Below, piece after piece: positions 38,958 through 48,122 of a stretch of DNA of 64,000 bases; within the stretch, counting starts at the first letter, position 1; every line of letters begins with the position of its first letter. The notes below the pieces were generated by a model that had not been told where the DNA came from, ran no database searches, and was given only the letters and a program-made list of their open reading frames with translations. This DNA is from Candidatus Hodarchaeota archaeon (GTDB taxonomy: Archaea; Asgardarchaeota; Heimdallarchaeia; Hodarchaeales; Hodarchaeaceae). A program made the translations under genes and the position numbers. The stretch lies in NCBI GenBank assembly GCA_016840035.1, contig JAEOTC010000031.1, positions 15,917 through 79,916 of the forward strand, given 5' to 3'.

Positions 38958-39144
38958 TTATCTTACATTTCTGAACCAGTGATATAAAGTATTATCTCTG
39001 TTTGTATTGATATTAAGAAAAAATGTTTCCATTATATTCAGGTAACTGCTCCTAGACTAACTTGATACAATGCAACTTAAGAATTAATTTAAATGAAAAC
39101 CATATGCTATTTCTTAACATTATTAGATGTAGAGATGTTAGGAA

Positions 39145-40554
39145 ATGGAAGAATCAATCGCTACTGATATTACAATAATTGGTGGTGGCCCTGCTGGCTA
39201 CGTTGCAGCCATTAGAGCCGCTCAACTTGGTGCAAAAGTTGTCTTAATAGAAAAAGGACATATTGGGGGCACCTGTCTCAATCGGGGGTGTATCCCTACT
39301 AAAGTCTTCGTGGAATCAGCAAAACATTGTAAATCCCTACGAGAAATGGCACGATTTGGGCTAAAATCAGAATATATAGGTGTCGACTTCCCTAGTATAA
39401 TAAAACGTAAAACCATGATTGTTAAGAGACTTGTTCGAGGAGTAAGTTATCTACTAAGAAAAAACAATATTCAGGTTTTACATGGAGAAGGTAGTTTTAT
39501 CGACGTACATACAATTTCAGTTTCCTCATTAGAGAAAAAATATGTAGTTACAACCAAAAAAACACTCATTGCAACAGGAAGTAAACCATTCTTTGTACCT
39601 ATACCTGGAATTGATGGAGCAAAGGTTTTAACTAGTAAAGAAATGCTTGAAATTGGTAATCTACCACAAAGTTTGATTGTAATTGGTGGAGGTGTAGTGG
39701 GTGGAGAATTCGCATGTGTGTTCAGATGCTTTGAAGAAACAGATGTGACTGTAGTTGAAATGCTCCCACGTTTACTCCCAATGGAAGATGCGGATTTAGG
39801 AGAGGAATTAGAAGCATCTTTTAAGAGAATAGGCATTGGAGTTCATACAAATTCGCGTGTGACTCGGATTTCTGATACTCCCGCTGGGAATAAACGAGTA
39901 ACATTTACCGATTCAGAGGGGAAAGAGGTCAACATTGAAGCTGAGTTTGTCCTCGTATCTATAGGGAGAACTCCCTGTTTAGATGGACTAAATCTCAGAG
40001 CTGCAGGGGTAAAATATGAACGAGGAGTATTTGTCAATAAAAAAATGGAGACCAATATTCCCGATATCTATGCTGCTGGCGATGTCGTGCAAGGTGTTCC
40101 CTCTCCAATGCTTGCATATACTGCATCTCATGAAGGGGAAGTAGCTGTTGAAAATGCACTCGGTCACGAAGTGGAAATGAGTTACCACGCTATTCCAAGT
40201 ACAATTTTTACAAATCCTGAAGTGTCTTCTGTTGGATTATCCGAGGAAAAAGCACGTGAACTTTATGGTGAAATTCTTGTAGGAAAATTCCCATTCCAAG
40301 GTAATGGCCGGGCTATTATTGCAGGCCATAATAGGGGATTTGTGAAAGTAATACTAGATGCAAAGACCACTGAAATAGTGGGAGTACATATAATCGGACC
40401 TTTTGCGACTGAAATAATATCTGAAGGAGCTTTAGCAGTTGCAAATCGAATGAAAGCTGAAGATATTATAAAAGTAGAACACGCTCATCCTGTGGTTTAT
40501 GAAGCAATAAAAGAAGCAGTTTTAGTTGCGCTTGGTCGTCCTATTCACGCGTGA
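39145..40554 (+). CDS. lpdA: dihydrolipoamide dehydrogenase
   Basis: GGGPAG, GGTCLNRGCIPTK redox disulfide, GGGVVG, IYAAGD, HAHPVVYE His/Glu dyad. Confidence 0.93.
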   Translation: MEESIATDITIIGGGPAGYVAAIRAAQLGAKVVLIEKGHIGGTCLNRGCIPTKVFVESAKHCKSLREMARFGLKSEYIGVDFPSIIKRKTMIVKRLVRGVSYLLRKNNIQVLHGEGSFIDVHTISVSSLEKKYVVTTKKTLIATGSKPFFVPIPGIDGAKVLTSKEMLEIGNLPQSLIVIGGGVVGGEFACVFRCFEETDVTVVEMLPRLLPMEDADLGEELEASFKRIGIGVHTNSRVTRISDTPAGNKRVTFTDSEGKEVNIEAEFVLVSIGRTPCLDGLNLRAAGVKYERGVFVNKKMETNIPDIYAAGDVVQGVPSPMLAYTASHEGEVAVENALGHEVEMSYHAIPSTIFTNPEVSSVGLSEEKARELYGEILVGKFPFQGNGRAIIAGHNRGFVKVILDAKTTEIVGVHIIGPFATEIISEGALAVANRMKAEDIIKVEHAHPVVYEAIKEAVLVALGRPIHA

Positions 40555-40809
40555 ATTCAGAAAGGACAATATCCTAATCCGGATCTTTGAAACTAGTACA
40601 TATATACAAAAAATGAACCTCCGATTTGGTGTATTGGTCAAATTTCCCGTCCCAGTTTCCTATACAACCCTAATTTCGATTACTTCAAACATTAGATATA
40701 AAAATTGAATTTATTTCCATTCCCATGTCGTCCTACTAAATTCCTTTTTAGCTAGGAAATATCCTTGATTTTTAAATTAGAAATATATGAGTACAAGCTG
40801 GGCCTCACA

Positions 40810-42129
40810 ATGGAAGATCAAACAGTGCAACTTATCGGACTTTTAATCTTCATAGTCACTTATATTCTAATTTCAACCGAAAAACTTCATCGACCTATTT
40901 CCGCACTACTAGGTGCTAGTGCGCTGTCCATTTTACTTATTGTTTCAGAGTGGAAACCTGAAGGTTATGAGCATTCTGTTGAGTTTCACGATATCGTATC
41001 CAAGGTTGAATGGAATACGATAATATTTATCACAGCAATGATGATTATCACAATTATCTCAAGTAAATCTGGTTTATTTCAATATGTCTCGATATTAATT
41101 GTTAGGTTTACAAAAGGGAATCCTAGAACCCTCCTCCTCTCTTTGTCACTTTTGACGTTTGTTATAAGCTTTGTTTTTGATGTAATCACAACTATGTTGA
41201 TAATTGCACCCCTAACAGTCGAGATCTATAAAATCTTGGAATTTGATTTCAGGCCTACACTTATCATCGAAGCAATCACAGCAAATTTTGCCTCGATTTC
41301 ATCTCTCGTTGGTAGTATACCAAACATCGTACTTGCTGAAAAAAGCGGTGCTAGCTTCCTCGATTTTGTTTTGATAATGGGTCCATTAAGTATTATTCTA
41401 TTTATTACCGCCATTCCTGTTTACTATCTGTTTGCCCGTAGTTCCTTTGTAGATCCTCCTAAAATCCTAGTGGAGGATATATTTCTTCTCGATCCAAGCA
41501 TTTTGGTTGAGGATCGAAGAACATTCTATGTAGTAATAATCGGTCTAATTATCCTTGTATTCGGTTTTATATTCGGAAGCGTGATTAACTTAAAAGCTGC
41601 AGAAATCGCACTTCTTATTGCCGCTAGTTTATTACTCTTTTCAGGGATGCACCCAAAGGAAGTATTTGAGGATGTTGAATGGATCTCAATTTATTTCATC
41701 ATGGGCCTATTTATTCTTGTAGGATCGATAGATATACTTGGTCTCTTGGATACTTTAGGAGAAATCCTAACTCCATTTCTAGAACTTCCCTTGATTGTAT
41801 CATTACCCTTCATCTCATTCGGTATCGGAATAATCTCTGCAGTTGTAGATAATATCCCGATTTCGGCTGCCCTTGCTCCTGTATTTTCCCGACTTGAGGC
41901 TGAGGGAATAGTTGGTCCAATCCAATGGTGGGCTTTGGTGATTGCAGTCAATCTTGGTGGGTATATCTTACCAATTGGAAGTCCTGCTAATATTTTAGCT
42001 ATCAATCTATCAAATCGAGAGGGATCTCCAATTTCATTCATGTTATTTCTTAAGATTGGTGGTCTTCTAGGCCTAATACACCTGCTTATCGGAACAATTT
42101 GGTTACTTTTATTATCTCCGGTTTTGTAA
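40810..42129 (+). CDS. ArsB/NhaD (SLC13/P-protein-like) ion transporter
   Basis: Many TM helices; SLVGSIPNIV, SAVVDNIP, NLGGYILPIGSPAN; ATG 40810 preferred. Confidence 0.88.
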   Translation: MEDQTVQLIGLLIFIVTYILISTEKLHRPISALLGASALSILLIVSEWKPEGYEHSVEFHDIVSKVEWNTIIFITAMMIITIISSKSGLFQYVSILIVRFTKGNPRTLLLSLSLLTFVISFVFDVITTMLIIAPLTVEIYKILEFDFRPTLIIEAITANFASISSLVGSIPNIVLAEKSGASFLDFVLIMGPLSIILFITAIPVYYLFARSSFVDPPKILVEDIFLLDPSILVEDRRTFYVVIIGLIILVFGFIFGSVINLKAAEIALLIAASLLLFSGMHPKEVFEDVEWISIYFIMGLFILVGSIDILGLLDTLGEILTPFLELPLIVSLPFISFGIGIISAVVDNIPISAALAPVFSRLEAEGIVGPIQWWALVIAVNLGGYILPIGSPANILAINLSNREGSPISFMLFLKIGGLLGLIHLLIGTIWLLLLSPVL

Positions 42130-42248
42130 GTTTACTTACGGGCATCACTTCTACTTTACTTTTACAAACAGATAATGTAGTCTCTTCTTCGAATTTTTTA
42201 GAACATTAGAGGGCACTCAAAATCTCGATTCTTGCCCGAAGAGGAGAA

Positions 42249-42300
42249 TATATAAAGTCAATAGTAAGTTTCTTACATATTAGTGTAAGTATGTAACTAT
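42249..42300 (+). promoter_or_regulatory. TATA box with nested inverted repeats, putative operator
   Basis: TATATAAA at 42249, CTTACA-N6-TGTAAG at 42272-42289 and TTACATA...TATGTAA at 42273-42296, just upstream of an ArsR-type gene. Confidence 0.5.
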
Positions 42301-42334
42301 CATACACAAACAACCTCATCTGGAGGATTCAAAA

Positions 42335-43081
42335 ATGGAAGATGAATTTAAGAAAGAAGAAAATGATGACAGTCCTTCCAAAGGTGAATTTGGAGAATTT
42401 AGTGAAATAAAAAATCTTTTTCGAGATTTAAAAGACGAAATTCGTGAAGAATTCCAAGATATCCGTGATGAACTTGAACAAGTAAAGGATTCAGAACCAA
42501 GATCAAGTAGGAAGGCCCGTCGAAGAGGACGATCGCGAAGTAGATCACGTTCTGACGAAGATTGGAAAGATTGGGGCGAAAATATTGGCACTTCCTTGGA
42601 ACGCTATATTGGAAGTATCTTAGAATCGGTTTGGGACTCTGTGGATCAGTCAGTTGGTTCTTTATTCCATTCTTCATCAGGTTCTAAAAGACGAGGACGA
42701 AAGCAAGAGAGAACAGAGCACTACCCCTCGATTCCAGAAAAGGAGTTAGAAGAATTTTATCAACGAGGGGCCGAATTATTAAGCGCATTATCTGATCAAA
42801 AACGATTACAAATGTTAAAAGAGCTGGAACAGGAACCTTTACGTCAATCTGACTTATCTGAAAAAACAAATATTCGAGGAGGAAATTTTAAGCACCATAT
42901 TACTATCCTAAAAGATGAGGGTTTGGTTCATCAAGAAGGTGTAAGAGAAAGGTACATGCTAACCTTTGCAGGTCGTGAGGCGTTAAAGTTAGCAGAATTT
43001 CTTTATCATAGAGCAAAAAAACCAGTTGGTGTACCAATTCAAATAGATGAAGATGAATCTGACAAATACGAGGAGGAGTAG
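42335..43081 (+). CDS. ArsR-family winged-helix regulator with a long N-terminal extension
   Basis: ALSDQKRLQMLKEL...SDLSEKTNIRGGNFKHHITILKDEGLV...YMLTFAGRE; GGAGG RBS. Confidence 0.85.
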   Translation: MEDEFKKEENDDSPSKGEFGEFSEIKNLFRDLKDEIREEFQDIRDELEQVKDSEPRSSRKARRRGRSRSRSRSDEDWKDWGENIGTSLERYIGSILESVWDSVDQSVGSLFHSSSGSKRRGRKQERTEHYPSIPEKELEEFYQRGAELLSALSDQKRLQMLKELEQEPLRQSDLSEKTNIRGGNFKHHITILKDEGLVHQEGVRERYMLTFAGREALKLAEFLYHRAKKPVGVPIQIDEDESDKYEEE

Positions 43082-43085
43082 TATA

Positions 43086-43754
43086 TTGATAGAACTTGGA
43101 TTAGGTGATCAAGTTTATTCATGGCAAGGAGATCATTCATTCCTCAATGAGAAATACTTCCAAATTAATGTAAATGGAAAATTAAATCTACTGGAACTAA
43201 GAGGAACGAGTAAAATACATGGAGTTGTTCTTGTTGGCAAAATAAGCATTATAGTGGATTCAGTAATATATACACAGTCTCATGGTGCAATTGGTGAAAC
43301 TACTGAATTTGTAGGCTCTAGTTTGGCCATCCTTGGGATGAATATCAATTCAATTCAACAATCACTTAAGGAAGAAATCGATCCAAATCACTCTGAGTCT
43401 ATAAAAACAGAAGCAGACCAATTAATTACCAAATTACGAGATAGTTTAACCAACAAAGTAACCAATGTACAATTTGAGGAAGATTCTGATGGAAGCTATG
43501 TTATTTTTGGTAAAAGCGACCTATTCTTAGTTGGATCATCCAATGAGCTTGTGGTGGTACATAAAAAGAAGATTTCAGTACGGAATGGAGAAACTTCTCT
43601 TGTTCAGGTTGATCCTAAAGAAGGAATTATAATTGCAAATGATGATGAATGTATACAAATCGGTTCAAAGGGTAAGGGTTCCGATCTTTCGATCCTAGGA
43701 AGTTTAGGAATAAATTTTGCTTCAAAAATATTAGATTCAATCATATGGGATTAA
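43086..43754 (+). CDS. hypothetical protein (beta-rich)
   Basis: GGAGGAG precedes TTG 43086, just after the regulator's stop. Confidence 0.68.
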   Translation: MIELGLGDQVYSWQGDHSFLNEKYFQINVNGKLNLLELRGTSKIHGVVLVGKISIIVDSVIYTQSHGAIGETTEFVGSSLAILGMNINSIQQSLKEEIDPNHSESIKTEADQLITKLRDSLTNKVTNVQFEEDSDGSYVIFGKSDLFLVGSSNELVVVHKKKISVRNGETSLVQVDPKEGIIIANDDECIQIGSKGKGSDLSILGSLGINFASKILDSIIWD

Positions 43755-43911
43755 TTATCTAATCCAGCTTCATATATTTTCATTTTCACTCCCCTCTCTC
43801 TGTGAAATCTATTTAACCATTCACTAATTCTATTGCTTTGGTAGAAACATTCGTTTTTCTCCTATTTTTTTTGTGAATGAAACCAAGAACAAAGTTTAAT
43901 TTACCTATAAA

Positions 43912-45126
43912 ATGCTGACAAATACCTTGTCATACAACCAATTCATGAATCCAGTAGTGTTAGCAACTCCCATATCAGGTATTCGACTTGTAAATTCATG
44001 GGAATCAAAGATATCTTTGAAAAACCAAATATTCCTTAATATAGGTCAACCTGATCTACCTACACCCGATTATATTAAAGAAGCAGTAGTACAAGCACTT
44101 GAAAAAGACAAAACCAGATATACGAATATTTTGGGGGAAAAATATCTACGTGAGGCTATTGTTGAATTCCAGAAAGAATCTCATAACCTTAGTTATTCAT
44201 CAAATGAAGTTTTAGTCACGGCTGGAGGGCAGAGTGCGATTTTTGCAGTCTTGAACTCCATTTTGTCCCCAAAAGACAATATTGTTATTCCATTCCCTAG
44301 TTATCCACCTTACCTCAACGTAGTTAAGTATTGTAGATCGAAAATTATTCCATTAGAGACAAAAGGAGAAGAGGATTTCGATATAAATATTGAAAAACTG
44401 GAGGTAATCCTCAAATCCAATCCAGTAAAGGTTTTTTTGTTAATCAGTCCAAGTAATCCGACTGGTACCGTCATCCCCTTAAGGACTTTAGAAAAGATTG
44501 TTGATTTATCCATTAAATACAACTTCTTAATTATCTCTGACGAAATATACAGCGATATAATATTTGATAAACTTCCTTATACTTCTATAGCTTCCTTTCC
44601 AGAAGCTCGGGAAAGAACCATCATAATACAAAGTTTCAGCAAGATGCTATCCATGTGTGGGTTTCGGATTGGTTATATTTTAGCTCCTACACCAATAATT
44701 GACCAAGTTAAGGTAATTCATCATACCATGACTATTTGTGCAAATAATCTTGCTCAATACGCAGCGTATAAAGCGTTAGAAGATAAAAAACAGCTAAAAA
44801 ACTCAATATTACATTTAGTTCACACTTATCAAGATCGTCGCAATTTGTGTATGGGAATTCTCAAAGAATCCGCCTCTTTTTCTGTTTCCAAACCTCGTGG
44901 GGCATTTTACCTCTTTCCCAAGGCCGATAGTATCAATATGATTGAATTTTGCCAATGGTTGAAATATAACTATGGAGTTACTACAGTTCCAGGTTCTTAT
45001 TTTTCATTGGAACAGATTAAAGAACATCACCAGTACTTAAGGATTTGTTACACAGCCGAAAAAGAAAAATTAATGCTAGGTATGAATAAAATAGTTTCAG
45101 CGATTGAAGCATTTAAGAAAAAGTAG
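43912..45126 (+). CDS. class I/II PLP-dependent aminotransferase (aspartate aminotransferase-like)
   Basis: IGQPD, SPSNPTG, SDEIY, QSFSKMLSMCGFRIG, GAFYLF. The start may be ATG 43945. Confidence 0.92.
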   Translation: MLTNTLSYNQFMNPVVLATPISGIRLVNSWESKISLKNQIFLNIGQPDLPTPDYIKEAVVQALEKDKTRYTNILGEKYLREAIVEFQKESHNLSYSSNEVLVTAGGQSAIFAVLNSILSPKDNIVIPFPSYPPYLNVVKYCRSKIIPLETKGEEDFDINIEKLEVILKSNPVKVFLLISPSNPTGTVIPLRTLEKIVDLSIKYNFLIISDEIYSDIIFDKLPYTSIASFPEARERTIIIQSFSKMLSMCGFRIGYILAPTPIIDQVKVIHHTMTICANNLAQYAAYKALEDKKQLKNSILHLVHTYQDRRNLCMGILKESASFSVSKPRGAFYLFPKADSINMIEFCQWLKYNYGVTTVPGSYFSLEQIKEHHQYLRICYTAEKEKLMLGMNKIVSAIEAFKKK

Positions 45127-45452
45127 TTAATTGGGAATAAGAATTGAGTGACAGAAAAACATGTTCTAAATGTCAAGAGCCATTATATGCAAGCTATAAG
45201 AACAAGTATTATTGCATCAAACATCTAAAAGAATTCCTTTTGGAGGAGAAAACCTCTTCACACCTCCCCAAGAAACAGGAGTCAATTTAATCTCTTTAAT
45301 ATTGATCAGAGATTATATTCTCAGCCTCTGAGGGAAAGTTACCCTCACTTAAATTTCGATAATAAGAAAAGTTTCTTAAAAACCCAAAGATGAGATGTTA
45401 AATGAACTCTAAATCAAAGAGTAAGTTCTCCTTCTCAAAGTAAAAGGTATGA

Positions 45453-46019
45453 GTGGTTCTTATCTTGTCCGCACCAAACGATATTCTATTTGAAATCCCT
45501 CATTATAGTCAATACAAAATTGTTGTCGCTGGCGACGCATTAGTCGGAAAAACACAACTTGTTTCCGTCTTTACTAAACGTGATTTTGAACATAAACCCA
45601 CTGCTGGAGCTGATATCTCTTTTATTAAGCTTACAAGTCCAAGTGAAGGAAAAAGTACTACTACAGCTATTTTTTGGGATCTCTCTGGACAACCTGCCTT
45701 CCACAAAGTTCGCCCGATTTTCTATGAAGGAGCTCATGCTGTAATCTACGTTTTTGACATTACCAGGGAAAGCACGGTACTTTCTCTTCCCAGTTGGTTT
45801 AAAGAAGTAAAAAAAGTACTTCCAGATAGTCCAGCTGTGTTGATTGGTAATAAAGTAGATTTAGAAGGCGATCGACAAGTTAGTGACGATATTGGACAAA
45901 GATTCGCTGATAAGATGCATGCTCAGTACTTCCCTACATCTGCAATCCAGAATAAAGGTGTGGTTGTAGCTTTTGCATCCGCTATTAGACGTGCTGTTTC
46001 ATATCGAGATCTAAGTTAA
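45453..46019 (+). CDS. Rab-like small GTPase
   Basis: GDALVGKT, PTAGADI, WDLSGQ, FYEGA, NKVD, TSA. Confidence 0.92.
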   Translation: MVLILSAPNDILFEIPHYSQYKIVVAGDALVGKTQLVSVFTKRDFEHKPTAGADISFIKLTSPSEGKSTTTAIFWDLSGQPAFHKVRPIFYEGAHAVIYVFDITRESTVLSLPSWFKEVKKVLPDSPAVLIGNKVDLEGDRQVSDDIGQRFADKMHAQYFPTSAIQNKGVVVAFASAIRRAVSYRDLS

Positions 46020-46030
46020 TGGTGATAATC

Positions 46031-46699
46031 TTAATTTAATTGCTTTATCAATTCAGCAATCCGAGAATTAATATTCTTTAGCCTATTTGAACTTAATAGA
46101 TCAATATAGGAGATATGGTTTTTATCCTCATTCGTGTAATACTTCCAATTGGCTGCATACGGGTCACAAATGAATCCTTTTTTCGCCAATTTTTTTGTTA
46201 ATTGGCTAATAGTCCTTATCAGTTGAAGATCATCCTGTATTGTATCACCCTGAACTTCTTCAACGATTAGAGTAGGAAATTCTCTCTCGAAAGCTTCAAT
46301 TTTGGCAATTCCAATTACTTTTGGGGTGATAAACCGATACTTCGGTATTTCAGGCTCTAAATTGATTTTTTTGAGAGTAGATAAAAAATCATTGATACAA
46401 AAATAATGAATAAGTAATTGTGTGAGATGGCGAGAATAGTAAGGTTTGTACATCAATCTACCAACTTGTTCAGACGGAAAACTCCACCCAAAAAGAACGC
46501 TGGAACCTCCTGGATAAAATCGTGTCCCAATTAGTTTTTTCCCGAGTTTTTCTTTAATTATTTCGATTTTCTCGGGATTAAGAAATTGACCACGTGAGAA
46601 CTGAACAACACTCTCAACTAATTCAAGGTTTTTTTGGAGTGCATAGTAGGAATAGTTATTCTTAAATTCAGGAAGGATGCTAAATGTTGGGGGACACAT
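46031..46699 (-). CDS. atypical protein-kinase-like protein (RIO/Bud32/Kdo-kinase-like fold)
   Basis: In kinase order: Gly loop PGGSSVLF, beta3 Lys LMYKPY, TPKVIG, hinge LIVEEVQG, catalytic loop CDPYAAN (DxxxxN), metal-binding YIDL. Confidence 0.68.
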   Translation of the reverse strand: MCPPTFSILPEFKNNYSYYALQKNLELVESVVQFSRGQFLNPEKIEIIKEKLGKKLIGTRFYPGGSSVLFGWSFPSEQVGRLMYKPYYSRHLTQLLIHYFCINDFLSTLKKINLEPEIPKYRFITPKVIGIAKIEAFEREFPTLIVEEVQGDTIQDDLQLIRTISQLTKKLAKKGFICDPYAANWKYYTNEDKNHISYIDLLSSNRLKNINSRIAELIKQLN

Positions 46700-46711
46700 A
46701 TACTCTTTGAC

Positions 46712-48121
46712 CTATACCCAATCTGCCGAGTCTATTTTTGTTGGAAGATATGTACCAGTCATATATCGCCAGTTCTTACTTGCTAGCGCTTGAATTTCTG
46801 CTTTTTGTTTTGTATTCTTCATGATGAGAATTTGCTTTTCCCATTCAGGTCTGGATTTAACAAAATCCTCTTTCAATAAATCATCAGCACGCTTAATGTC
46901 ATTATCTGTCATTTTAATAAGTACGGATTTTGGAATTTGATATTCTTCAATATCAGAAGGTAATAAGCCTAACCACCGAATATCAGGAACCGCTAGCTCC
47001 ACACTCTCAAAGCTTAATGCTTTACTTCCAATGGAATATACCCTTAAGATATCTAGTCCGTATGGATCAGCATCTAAGAATCCTAAAATTGGAATTTTCA
47101 ACTCTTGGTACATTTTCTTAATAAATAGTCTAGTGGCCATATCAGGTTGTCCAGAGGCGGTAATTAGAATACAAGGTACGTAATTAAAGAATTTATCTTC
47201 TGCTAAATCTTGGAAAACTGCATCCTTCTCAATTACGAGAATAAATTCCGCATCGCTTTCAAAATTATCTACTTGATCTAGCATTGGTGTAATCGCGTGG
47301 CCACCTAATCCCTTTGTACAATCGATTTGATCCCCACCTTCTCTGAATGTCAATCTACCAATGACTTTTCCTTTAGCTGTTGCAATGACATTTAATGAAT
47401 TTCTGGACACACGTAATAATGCTCCAAGATCCTCAATTAATCCGTCTGAAACTCTTTGATTTCCAAATAGGTTCACATCACGATAAAATAGATGCCTTTT
47501 TGTGGCGTGTTTATCTGTTGCAAGAATCTCAGTTACATATCTCATTAATCCAGTTAGTTGAACCACACTTTGAACACTACTCAGATGACGAAATTGTCTA
47601 TCAACAACATTACTTCCCAGTAGCACCATTCGTGAATTATTATCATATCCAACATTCTCAGAACTTCGAGATGGAATCCTAAATGCGGCGTTCTTAGGAT
47701 CTTCAGCTATTTCATCCAAAAATTCCAATGCTACTCTATTTAGACGGGATCTTGCTTCTTCTGCTGGAACATTATCTACTTTTAGGATGGAAACAGGTAA
47801 GTCCACTTCGGAATCGGTAACATCTTCCCTAATTTTTCTAAGTCCCGTTAAGTTAATTTTTCGACGAATCTGTAAAACTACGTCTCCTTCTTCCGTCATA
47901 TCCCACAATTTAGAAATGTTCTGTTTCGTTAGGACTTCAAAGGTTTTTGACTTCTTCAAACCGTAAAAAATCTGTAATTTTTCAGATTTAAGGCCAAGAG
48001 TACTCTTAATAAGCCCAATAATTCCTTGAATTGTATCTTTTTGTTCCATCTCAACTTTTATTACTTTATTTGTAAAAGAATAGTCTTCTAAAACAATATT
48101 ATATTTACGTTTCTCGGACAT
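46712..48121 (-). CDS. top6A: DNA topoisomerase VI subunit A (Spo11 family) with N-terminal extension
   Basis: ATKRHLFY catalytic Tyr motif, Toprim VIEKDAVF, GQPDMATR, DADPYG, KAEIQAL; 469 aa. Confidence 0.93.
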   Translation of the reverse strand: MSEKRKYNIVLEDYSFTNKVIKVEMEQKDTIQGIIGLIKSTLGLKSEKLQIFYGLKKSKTFEVLTKQNISKLWDMTEEGDVVLQIRRKINLTGLRKIREDVTDSEVDLPVSILKVDNVPAEEARSRLNRVALEFLDEIAEDPKNAAFRIPSRSSENVGYDNNSRMVLLGSNVVDRQFRHLSSVQSVVQLTGLMRYVTEILATDKHATKRHLFYRDVNLFGNQRVSDGLIEDLGALLRVSRNSLNVIATAKGKVIGRLTFREGGDQIDCTKGLGGHAITPMLDQVDNFESDAEFILVIEKDAVFQDLAEDKFFNYVPCILITASGQPDMATRLFIKKMYQELKIPILGFLDADPYGLDILRVYSIGSKALSFESVELAVPDIRWLGLLPSDIEEYQIPKSVLIKMTDNDIKRADDLLKEDFVKSRPEWEKQILIMKNTKQKAEIQALASKNWRYMTGTYLPTKIDSADWV

Positions 48122-48122
48122 T

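Noticed and set aside
39145-40554. Stand-alone lpdA as a sign of a novel complex
   Set aside because: Dihydrolipoamide dehydrogenase genes are often unlinked from E1/E2 or glycine-cleavage genes, and the motifs are ordinary.
40600-40680. Minus-strand fragment reading ETGTGNLT, like a SAM-methyltransferase motif I
   Set aside because: It needs a frameshift to give IGTGTG and has no supporting downstream motifs, too weak to call a pseudogene.
45240-45350. Short inverted repeats such as TGAGGG-N7-CCCTCA in the intergenic gap
   Set aside because: Six-bp stems are expected by chance and no RNA family is recognisable.
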